Positions 1 through 11,018 of a stretch of 64,000 bases of DNA are shown piece by piece. The stretch is from Octopus sinensis (lineage: Eukaryota). The notes under the pieces were generated by a model, which was given only the letters and a program-made list of their open reading frames with translations, had not been told where the DNA came from and did not search any database. The translations under genes were made by a program, and so were the position numbers. The stretch covers positions 1 to 64,000 of the forward strand of contig NW_021835466.1 of the NCBI RefSeq assembly GCF_006345805.1, written 5' to 3'. Each line of letters starts with the position of its first letter. Within the stretch, counting starts at the first letter, position 1.

Positions 1-512
1 AGTACAGCCGATGAGAGATTGATTGAATTCAAAATATAGATTTTACAAGCCAATTACTAGTTACATACTGTAGGTATACAATGAATAGGGAGATTTATGA
101 TATGCTGTACATCTTCAACAAATCTGTAAGGCTCAGTGTATACGTGTCGACGTATTTAAAGCCAGGACGCTAGGGTATGAGAACATATGAAAAGCAAAAG
201 GAGGAATCGTGAAAAAGTTTGATGCCAAGAGAGGAGGGCAAAATCGTTGAAACAGCCACTCACTCAAGAGTAAGTCATGTCAACCATTTCGAAACACACG
301 TACATACATATACACATACATACATACATACACACATATATATATATATACATACATCCACACACATGCACACGCACACATACAATCACATACATATAGA
401 GAGAGACCGATAGCAGATAGATAGATAGGTTTATACATCGTACAGTAATTTGTGAATCTGTGATTATGTGATATGAATATTTATATACATATATACATCT
501 GGTACGTATGAG

Positions 513-549
<37 letters not shown>

Positions 550-603
550 CTCTCTCTATATATATATATTTATATATGTATTAGTGTGTGCGTTGTGTGT
601 GTG

Positions 604-676
<73 letters not shown>

Positions 677-903
677 TATATTTATATATATATATATGCA
701 TACACACACATACACACACACAAACACACACGCATATCACACGAATATAGCTGCAAGAAACTGGACGATATGTAAATGAATATACATATGTATCAATTTA
801 TAGAATATTTTTGAAGGAGAGGCGATTACAATTTACTTGCTCCTAGAATATTCATTCATATATGTGTGTGTGTAAAGTGTGAAAGTGTGGGTGTATGAGC
901 CCG

Positions 904-967
<64 letters not shown>

Positions 968-981
968 GATGTATGTATTTG

Positions 982-1037
<56 letters not shown>

Positions 1038-1110
1038 TATATATAACAAATACATCTCTCATATATATGTATATATATATATTATATGTATATATATACA
1101 TATACATACA

Positions 1111-1166
<56 letters not shown>

Positions 1167-1907
1167 GAGTGCGTGTCTGTATGGGTATATATGTATGCAT
1201 ATCAATTTCAATAGCCTAATTGCTGTCATTTGTATGAATAGCTTTAATTAGTAACACATACTTCATTGCCATTTGATAAACTAATAATTATTCAATTCTG
1301 AACCCGTGCGTAAGCACTTGGAAGACAAATCTGGCCTCGGGTTTTCTTATATATTCATATTTTTATTTGCTTTTCTAATTTTGACATCATAATTTTTTCC
1401 CTTCCTGTATTATATATTTAGTTTTCCTCTTACCCTATTTTCCCTCTATCTGATTGAAGGTGTGAGGAGAACCACGCGAGCGACTAGCGTAGATTGATTG
1501 ACTGTTTTGTTGCTATTTCGAACAGGTCATCTTATATCAATCTAGCGACATATAGATCTTATCGTTGTTGTAGTTAGAATTGCATGTAATATCGCATTGA
1601 ATATTGTTAATTTCACACTTTCATATTTTGATATTACAAACAGTTACAATGAATGGCAAGCTTCCGAATCATTTACTTCGATGTAATGAATCTGCATTAT
1701 ACATGCAACTGATTTTATGTAAATTAAAAGCACCAATATGTATCACATGTCTTTTTCTCGCTTCTCTCTTGTTATTTTCTTTCTACTCTCTCGCTCTCGC
1801 ATAAAGTGTGTATATGCTCTCTATTTCATTCAATAGTGCAAGTAAACATATAAGTATATATGTGTATACATATATATATAAATGCACATAAATCAGAATA
1901 TATATAT

Positions 1908-1945
<38 letters not shown>

Positions 1946-2100
1946 ATATATTATATATATATTATATTTATACTCCAAACAAGCAACAAAGCTATCGTAC
2001 TTATTTGATTGTAATCCCCATTTAAATTATATGGATAATACCATACTAAATTCTGTTGCTTTTTAACTTAAGTACCATATTCAACTGAATCTCTCTCTCT

Positions 2101-2131
<31 letters not shown>

Positions 2132-2728
2132 TTATATATATATATAATATAGATATATATATGTCAGTATCAATGAAACATTGCCTTAATTGTTTTTACT
2201 TCACACAAAAACATGTATAGTAATATAAGTTTGCCTTATGAATATCCTGGGTGGAAGATCATCCGGGCACCGAGGACGGATGTAATAACACCATATGTAA
2301 TGCACAGTGCAAAAGAGCCTCAACATGTGATATAAGATGCTTCACAAGTTCCCATATTTACATTTTATTTTCGCTTCAAGTAATTTATTGATACAGTGAT
2401 ACATTTGGAAAAGCCAAAATGAATACTAACGTTATATTACTCTGCTTCAATTTCAGGTTGTGTGTAACAGTATTACAGTATATAACTGCATGTTATATAT
2501 AAATAACGAATATATTTATTTCGTTTAATTCACCTCAAATGGGTGACAATGATGCGAATAAGATGGGCTCAATTTTCGAAAACACATAAGTGTAAATATG
2601 TGAAGTGGATTTACGATGATACTATGCTTAGTAACAAATAATAACTGAAATCAAAAATGCAACGTAGCGTGTGTTCGTGCGTGCGTGTGTATGTACATAT
2701 ATATATATATATTAGCATTTTTCCGATG

Positions 2729-2798
2729 GCCGGATAACTGAAGAAATGGCGGTGTGGATTTCCACCCCGACATTAGAAACTCGGAGTTTTATCATGGC
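2729..2798 (+). ncRNA. Type I hammerhead ribozyme-like motif (near canonical)
   Basis: Stem I GATAA (2733-37)/TTATC (2789-93), extended by GCC/GGC. Core CTGAAGA (2738-44). Stem II 2745-2774 has 12/14 pairs, followed by one extra A. GAAA at 2776-79, stem III ACTC-G-GAGT, and GUU cleavage triplet. Confidence 0.6.
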
Positions 2799-3035
2799 TA
2801 TATAATAATTGTCACATATCACATTTACAGAAAAATTCCTCTATTTACATAATATCGAGGTCTCTTTCATTCCTTTGTTGTCACTATTTTTATCAATATA
2901 TATATGTATGCATTTATCTATCTATCTATCTATATACAGATAAAGGGTTAAATATAATTAAATTAATAAAAATCAATAAATTTCACCTAGTAGTAATTTC
3001 GGTATGGAAAGGGCCATATTCGGTACAAATTTATA

Positions 3036-3189
3036 TAATTATAATAAAGGGTTTTTGTGCAACAAGTTGCTTAAGCCACATACCGAAAATATTAGAAATA
3101 GCAGTCAAAGGACTACTACTTTGACTGCTATTTCTAATATTTTCGGTACGTGGTTTAAGCAATTTGTTGCACAAAAATCCCTTATTATA

Positions 3190-3193
<4 letters not shown>
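3036..3193. repeat. Fold-back inverted repeat, ~75-bp arms, 8-nt loop
   Basis: 3036-3110 is the near-perfect reverse complement of 3119-3193 (e.g. ATATTAGAAATAGCAGTCAAAG / CTTTGACTGCTATTTCTAATAT). Confidence 0.9.
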
Positions 3194-3276
<83 letters not shown>

Positions 3277-3632
3277 AATAGATGAGTGTATTTTACCTTG
3301 TTAACACTAACACGGAAAAAATAATAAATAGTTACCAGGGCAGCAAAAATCTCACAAGTAAAGATGTTGTAACACCTTGTTTATAAAGGTTGAAACTTCG
3401 TGTTTACGTTGAATATTTTGAATAATATGAATAAAAAATGGAGAGAGAGAGAGATTTATATATATATGTGTAACTGTATGTGTGCGTGTGTGTGATTATT
3501 AGAATTCATCGGCAAAGTCCAGGGAGTAATGTTTTATTGCTTTTAAATGCAAGTTATTTTAACATAATTGCATTTCATCTCATAGCTGTGTTTTAAATTC
3601 CCCATCATTGTTGGCAGGACACCATTCATGTT

Positions 3633-3774
3633 GCATCTATTTCCAGCATACTTTCCATATGCACACTATGTATATACATATGCATGCACACTATAGATAT
3701 AGTGGCATCTATTTCCAGCATACTTTCCATATGCACACTATGTATATACATATGCATGCACACTATAGATATAG
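3633..3774 (+). repeat. Perfect ~70-bp tandem duplication (period 72)
   Basis: GCATCTATTTCCAGCATAC...CACTATAGATATAG occurs at 3633-3702 and 3705-3774, separated by TG. Confidence 0.9.
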
Positions 3775-4166
3775 GCGCAGGAGTGGCTGTGTGGTAAGTA
3801 GCTTGCTAACCAACCACATGGTTCTGGGTTCAGTCTCAATGCGTGGCATCTTGGGCAAGTGTCTTCTGCTACAGCCCCGGGCCGACCAATGCCTTGTGAG
3901 TGGATTTGGTAGACGGAAACTGAAAGAAGCCCGTCGTATATATGTATATGTGTGTTTGTGTGTGCGTGTGTGTTTGTCCCCCCCAAATCGCTTGACAACC
4001 GATGCTGGTGTGTTTACGTCCCCGTCACTTAGCGGTTCGGCAAAAAAGAGACCGATAGAATAAGTACTGGGCTTACAAAAGAATAAGTCCCGGGGTCGAT
4101 TTGCTCGACTAAAAGGCGGTGCTCCAGCATGGCCGCAGTCAAATGACTGAAACAAGTAAAAGAGAG
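3774..4166 (+). mobile_element. SINE family A, full length
   Basis: tRNA-like head with A-box-like TGGCTGTGTGG and B-box-like GGTTCAGTC, internal (TA)/(TG) tract, and tail GGCGGTGCTCCAGCATGGCCGCAGTCAAATGACTGAAACAAGTAAAAGAG. More than 15 copies in the window. Confidence 0.9.
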
Positions 4167-4229
4167 TATATATAAGTTGACATGATATCAATCCAATGTT
4201 AAATATGCTATCTTTTAGATGGCGTATTC

Positions 4230-4520
4230 ACACTAACGTATGTGTTTGTGTCTGTGTGTCTGTGTGTCTTTGTGCGTGTGTGTGTGTGTGTGTGTGTGTC
4301 TTTGTAGTTGTGGTTGTTCACCACCACTTCTTGAACCGCAGTGTTGAATTATTTACGTCCCTCTAACCTAGCAGTTCGGCAAAATCGCTGACAGAATAAG
4401 TACCAGGATTACACAGAAGAAACAAAAAAAACTGGGGTTCGAATCATCGAACTATAAGTTTCGTGAAGGTGGTACCTCAACATGGCCGCAATCCAACGAC
4501 TAAAACAGAAAGCAGGTAAG
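4230..4520 (+). mobile_element. SINE family A, old diverged 3' half
   Basis: Degenerate matches to the family A body and tail (GAATAAGTAC, CATGGCCGCA). Confidence 0.6.
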
Positions 4521-4909
4521 AGAAAAAGGAAATGGTAACCTTGTGACAATGTATTCGTAAATATTCTAAATATTTTGTACTTGAATACAGTCTGTCCTAC
4601 AGTGTAAACAACTATGTCCCAATAATGAACTTCTGTGACGTGACAAATTTCAGGGTATTAAACCACCGCAAGAATACAAGAATATAAACTTGGCCATATT
4701 ATTTTTAAATAAACATTTTCCCTTCGCACACATTTTAATGCAAATCATATGTATTTTTAACAGACAATATTTTTATTTTCATACCTCGTCTTAATATAAA
4801 ATCTATTCCTATTTTTACTGTTCCAGATGCATCTATTTTTACTGGAATATTTCTTTATTTTCTTATCAACTTCAAAATTTTATTTCTATTTCGCTTTGTA
4901 GTCATATAC

Positions 4910-4968
<59 letters not shown>

Positions 4969-5000
4969 TGTACCGTTCTCTTGTTCAGTTTATGTATCCC

Positions 5001-5053
<53 letters not shown>

Positions 5054-5429
5054 GTAAATGCATATAGATATCTGTGTATGGTGTATAGCGATATATATAA
5101 ATGTAGACATACATATAGGAATGATATTCTCCTCTACTGTTGCTTATATACTTCGCACTATTCGCTGTGATTCCATTATGTATTAAATAATATTTTGAGT
5201 TTAATGGTTCTGTTATAACAAATGACTAAAAAAAGATCAAAAACAGCAGTCTTTATTTGTCTGTCAGTGAGAACTGGCATGTTCTAAGCAATGTCATATT
5301 AATATAACACTTTTTTATATATCTACCTAATATATGAGTTGTGTCTAGTCGTGCTATTTTCTCTAAGCTGGTAATTTAAATCTTGGCCTTTTTGTTATAT
5401 CTTCATATTCATCTTTTTTTTTTCTTTCT

Positions 5430-6300
5430 ATTATTATTTCCAAGGCACTTAATATTCTAGAGATTCTGTCTGTTTCAAATCTCAGAATTCGGTTATGAAT
5501 GCTCTCGATACTTTATTTTTTATAGCTTCTTCATTCCGTTTCAAGATATATTGTCGTTCCATTGAAGTTGAAGCATTGATTTGGAAACCTGTCCCATCCT
5601 GACCGTTTTCCACTATACTATCTAGACGATATATCTTAATCTTCTACGCCAGGGTACTTGTTATTATTGGAATTGTTTCTCTTTCCTATTCTTGCCTAGT
5701 AGTTATCACTCTTTCCAGATCTTTACTTTTATATATATTTTCTAAGTTTTTCAGAAATATATTGTTATACTTTGAATCTAAAACATCGATTACGTGATTT
5801 CCCATCTTGGTGTTTTCTAACAATTATATCGATGAGCTTTTTTTTTTTTCTTTTCTAATATCTCTATATTAAATGGTATGTTACCGAGAATGATCTCTGA
5901 AACCTTGTCTGCTGTATGATTGTTCTGTCTCCTCTCCGTAGTTATTTAATAATGCCTACAGTTATAAAATATGTGTTGGACTATCTTGTACTGCCGGTAT
6001 CTTATATAACATCTAATTTTTGGCTCTATGCATTCCTATGCATTTGATTCTATTTTACGAATTAATCGAACGCACGTGTAATTTTCTTCCCTTATATATT
6101 CTTTAGTTTCTTTGTGAAGATTGTGTACAAACTAGTTTATTAATTCATATGTGGTAGCGTGTCTCTGTTGCGTCTGAACATCTTATCTTTGTTTCGTTAT
6201 CTAATATGATGTTAATGTATTAATGTATTTAATTAAATTTCCTGTCTTCATGGTTGCCTTGGTGCAGTTTTCCGCGCCAGACATTACATCAATTCTTTGT
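5430..6300 (-). mobile_element. Highly decayed R4/Dong-like (RLE-type) LINE 3' region
   Basis: Minus-strand fragments IDIIVRKHQ / VIDVLDSKYNNIFLKNLENIYKSKDLERVIT / ETIPIITSTLA resemble the PD-(D/E)xK endonuclease tail (RPDI..IDV..P.D.NI..KE.EK..KYKDL..IP++IGALG). Many stops and frameshifts. Confidence 0.45.
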
Positions 6301-7109
6301 TTTCTGGGAAAGCAGGATATCACTTGTTAATTATCTGCAACGCATAACTTCTATCCAAAACTACTCTTCGTTAGAAAATTAGTTAAATGTGTCGACGGCA
6401 AGTATATAAGAAATAATTAGAAAATGAGCGTCCTTGAAATACTCTTCTTGGAAAAAGTATGGGAATTTCTTTCTTAAAATTTATATTTCGTTGAATTCTG
6501 TAGAAAAATATTCTACGTTTTTCTTATGTTTCTATAACTGCGCAATGTTGGGTTCAAATTTTGGCTAAAGCCAGCGATTGCATGGGAGACAATAAGTCCA
6601 TCTAGAATTTGAATGGTGTAAGGCCGTAGACCTTAGCATCCAAGAGAGAAAATGATGTTGATATACACATTGAAGTAAAGTTCATTCATTGACTTACACC
6701 AGATAAGGCTTAAGTAATAGAAACGTTAAACGCTGCAAGAAGTGTCAGAGTTTGAGGGTCCAAATATTTTGCGTATAAAAAAAAGTGTCTGTCACACGTA
6801 AGAGACATGAAAAGATGATGTACAATGCTTAAGTAATCGCTTATGGCACCTGTGTTGCATGAGCAGACAGTCACACGCTTGATGATCCTATTTTCATGAA
6901 TGTGTTTATCCTAATTTTTTATATATTATGGAATTAGAAATAAATCTTAAAATTCCCCAAATTTAATATTGAATACGTATTTTACGCGCTCTTCTACATT
7001 CGAATCGTTCGTTTCATTAGAGATCTTTTTTAAGTTCTCTACGAAGAATATATTATATTTATATCTAAACTGTTGAGCGCCTATGCGGCATGAAAGAAAT
7101 AATAATATA

Positions 7110-7302
7110 GGCGCAGGAGTGGCTGTGTGGTAAGTAATTTGTTTACCAACCACATTGCTCCGAGTTCAGTCACACTGCGTGTCACCTTGGGCAAATGTCT
7201 TCTACTATAGCCTCGAGCCGACCAAAGCCTTGTGAGTGGATTTGGTAGACGGAAACTGAAGGAAGCCAATCGTATGTATGTAGATATATATATACATATA
7301 TG

Positions 7303-7337
<35 letters not shown>

Positions 7338-7565
7338 TTGTGTGCGTAAATGTTTGTGTATCTGTGTTTGTCCTCCCAACATAATTTGACAACCGATGAT
7401 GGTGTGTTTAGGTCACTGTCACATAGGGGTTCGGCAAAAAGAGACCGATAGAATAAGTACTGGGCTTACAAAGAATAAATCCTGGGGTCGATTTGCTCGA
7501 CTAAAGGCGGTGCTCTAGCATGGCCGCAGTCAAATGACTGAAACGAGTAAAAGAGTAAAAGAGAG
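7110..7565 (+). mobile_element. SINE family A, full length
   Basis: Same head, body and tail as 3774-4166, with an (AAAAGAGT)n end. Confidence 0.9.
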
Positions 7566-7577
7566 TATTGTTATACA

Positions 7578-7870
7578 GGGTGGCGAAGTGGCAGAATCGC
7601 TAGCACGCCGGACAAAATGCTTAGTAGCAATTCATCTGTCTCTACGTTCTAAGTTCCGAACCCGCCGAGATCGACTTCGACTTTCATCGTTTTCTGGTCG
7701 ATAAAATAAATACCAGTTGAACACTAGGATTGATGTCATCTACTTAACACCTTCTCCGAAATTACTGGCCTTGTGCCAATATTTGAAATCGTAATTAATA
7801 TTATTATCAAGGCAGACAACTGACGGGATCGTTAGTACTCCGGACGAAATGCTTAGCGGCATTTCGTCCG
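7578..7870 (+). mobile_element. SINE family B, diverged copy plus fragment
   Basis: GGCAGAATCGCTAGCACGCCGG..AAATGCTTAG head and TTTCATC..GGTCGATAAAATAAATACCAG core. Confidence 0.7.
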
Positions 7871-7879
7871 TACTTTACA

Positions 7880-8640
7880 AAATATGACTTGCTCAGAAGA
7901 AACAGCAATGGATGTGCAATTTGCCTCAATAGGATGCACGTGCGAAGTGCTGTGATAAACATGGCCGTGCACTCTGAAGCAGAATGGACTTTGTCCTTGT
8001 GGGTCATCCATGATGTGAGTATCCAGAGCTGCGAAAGATAGATCAGAGTTATATGACCTTATATTTTCCTTGAAGTTAGCATAATGTGGATGTTGAGGAT
8101 CTGACAACAGAGGACCTAAGTCTGAAGGAAATTCTCATTCTTAGATATGCTCTCCTCTTTGCTGTTTGCTGTTCTGCTTCATCTTGTCGCCTTTGTGATG
8201 CTCTCATTCTCAGATCTCTCTTCTCTGCTCCTTGCTCTTCCGTTTCATCTCGTCGCCTTTGTGTTGCTCCATTTCTTAGATCTGTTCTCCTCTCTGCTGC
8301 ATGTTGTTCTGTTTCACCTTGGCGCTTTTGTGTAGCACTCTATCTTTGGATATCTGTCCTTGTGTAATGAGGTTCCCTTTATCATTTTTACGTCTTCGAG
8401 ACTGTCATCGTGCATCTTGTGATCTTCTCTCTTGTCTCCTTTCTTGTGATTGACATTAAATTTTCTTTTATTTTTAATCTTCAGGCGTTCATTTCCCTCT
8501 GAGTGACACAGGCTGTTCTTCGCCTTTGTCTATGTCTGGCCAACAGCCGCCTTCAGTCTATTCCATTTTCCATACCAGAAGAAAGAGTATCGATAAATGG
8601 AAAACAAACACTATATACCGTAAATAAGTTATTAGAGTAC
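7880..8640 (-). mobile_element. Helitron Rep/helicase N-terminal relic
   Basis: HYANFKENIRSYNSDLSFAAL...PFCFRVHGHVYHSTSHVHP matches the Helitron Rep N-terminal motif (F..NIR.YNS.LAFASM..PY.FRIHGQ+YH). Upstream ~66-69-bp tandem units encode QRR.DETE.Q..RR..LR repeats. Confidence 0.75.
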
Positions 8641-8704
8641 GAATGACTAAAAACTGTAAATTGATAACAAACACAGTGAAGAAAAGAATACGCACACCTG
8701 GTGT

Positions 8705-8784
8705 TTAGGGTTAGGGTTAAGGCTAGGATTTAGGGTTAGAGTTAGGGTTTAGGGTTAGGATTAGGGATAGGGTTTACGGTTAGG
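8705..8784 (+). repeat. Degenerate interstitial (TTAGGG)n-like tract
   Basis: TTTAGGGTTAGGGTTAAGG...TTAGGGTTTAGGGTTAGG, about 13 imperfect units. Confidence 0.8.
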
Positions 8785-9185
8785 AATATCGTTGGGGCAA
8801 TGCCGAATATGGATGGTGTGCATATTATTTACCTCCACCAAAAAACACAGTATACAGTAAATAAGTTATAGGATTACTGATAACTAAAGTTATCAGTGAA
8901 CTAATAAAAAATATTATATACCGTAGATATACACATAAACATTGAAACCGATATATTAGAGAAAGTGGTCTACGTAAAATGCAAACAGAATATTTCCGCT
9001 CTGAAAGGAGAGGCCTTTGCAGGCGACGCTCTCTCCGCCACTTCCTCTCTTTCTCTCATTTCTATTATTTTCTCTCACCCCCTGTCAGTCATGTCCTTCA
9101 CTAAACTACTATTTTCTCTTCACTCCCTTCACTTATACTACTCTTCAACTTCCTCTAACCAACTCAGTGAATTTGGCATATATAT

Positions 9186-9245
<60 letters not shown>

Positions 9246-9315
9246 GGAGTAAACACATGAATGTGAAACAAGGTGGTAAAAAGAGTACTGAAATACCAGT
9301 GGTAGAGTAAATATG

Positions 9316-9461
9316 CTTTATTTCAAGCAGCAGAAAATTCAACAAAACCTGTTACTCTGAGTTTCCATATCGGTCCCATTCTAGCAAAAACTGTCCGACG
9401 AACGAAAACGGGAACCTCAGAGTAACAGGTTTTGTTGAATTTTCTGCTGCTTTAAATAAAG
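9316..9461. repeat. Fold-back inverted repeat, 51-bp arms (2 mismatches), containing a degenerate hammerhead core
   Basis: 9316-9366 is the reverse complement of 9411-9461. The element lies between (TA)n tracts. Confidence 0.9.
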
Positions 9462-9525
<64 letters not shown>

Positions 9526-9681
9526 ATATATAAAAACACAACGCTTATATTATATTAGGAGATTCATTGTATTTATATGTATCTCTATCTATCTTACTGG
9601 CTATCGGTCTATATACCTATCTATCCACCTCCCTCCCTTACATATATATGTATATATGTAGATATATGAATGCGTGTATGC

Positions 9682-9743
<62 letters not shown>

Positions 9744-10108
9744 GTGTGTATGTATGTGACTATATATATATATATATATATGTCTCTGTGTGTTTGTATT
9801 TGTTCAGGTATACATATATATTCATATATGTTTGTTATATTCAAACCCATTTGTGTTCTTTTCACATAATATTGTGTATTATTTAATATATATATATATA
9901 AATATATATATAAATATATACATATATATATATATATAATATATATATTATATATATTAACGTGACGTATTTTTGCCATTTCAATATGGCTAACCCCTAA
10001 GGGTGGATGCTACTGTAGTTTTTAGCCCAGGAGGACACACTCCTCCAGCTGGCCATAGACACACTTCTGTGTCCTGTCAGTATTTGCAAAGGGAAGTCGA
10101 TATTTATC

Positions 10109-10164
<56 letters not shown>

Positions 10165-10242
10165 GTATGTATGTATATATATATATATAGTCGTTGGTTT
10201 TATGTGCATATACGAATATATGTATTCTTTTGTTCTATTTTT

Positions 10243-10577
10243 TCAGATGATTGACTGCTGCCATGCTGATGCACCACCTTTCGTCTTCAAATCAACCTTA
10301 TCGGTGTCGTTTGCCGAATCCCTAAGTTATGGGGACGCATACACACTAACAGCGGTTGTCAAGTGATGGGGACGGGACAAACACAGACACAAAGACATAC
10401 AAGCATATATGTATATACGACGGGCTTCTTTTAGTTTCCGTCTAACAAATCCAATCACAATTCTTTAGGTAGCTCGAGTTTATAATAGTAGACACTTGCC
10501 CAAGACATCACGCAGAGGTACTGAACCTGAAACCATGATGTTAGTAAGCGAGTTTCTTACCGCACAGCCACACCTGC
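10243..10577 (-). mobile_element. SINE family A, diverged
   Basis: Reverse complement of the family A consensus with many substitutions. Confidence 0.75.
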
Positions 10578-10623
10578 AACTATATATGTGTGTGTGTATG
10601 TGTGTTTGTATGTATATGTATGT

Positions 10624-11018
10624 GAGTGGCTGTGTGGTAAGTAGCTTGCTAACCAGCCACATGGTTCCGGGTTCAGTCCCACTACGTGGCATCTTGGGAA
10701 AGTGTCTTCTGCTATAGCCCCGGGCCGACCAATGCCTTGTGAGTGGATTTGGTAGACGGAAACTGAAAGAAGCCTGTCGTATATATGTATATATATGTAT
10801 ATGTATGTTTGTTTGTGTGTCTGTGTTTGTCCCCCTGGCATTGCTTGACAACTGATGCTGGTGTGTTTATGTCCCCGTCACTTAGCGGCTCGGCAAAAGA
10901 CACCGATAGAATAAGTACTGGGCTTACAAAGAATAAGTCCCGGGGTCGATTTGCTCGACTAAAGGTGGTGCTCCAGCATGGCCGCAGTCAAATGACTGAA
11001 ACAAGTAAAAGATTGAAA
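10624..11018 (+). mobile_element. SINE family A, near full length
   Basis: Close match to the family A head, body and tail. Confidence 0.9.

Noticed and set aside
8130-8340. 66-69-bp repeats as a CRISPR-like array
   Set aside because: These are contiguous degenerate tandem units with no unique spacers, in eukaryotic context, and they encode Helitron N-terminal repeats.
8705-8784. True telomere
   Set aside because: The tract is short, degenerate and internal, with ordinary sequence on both sides.
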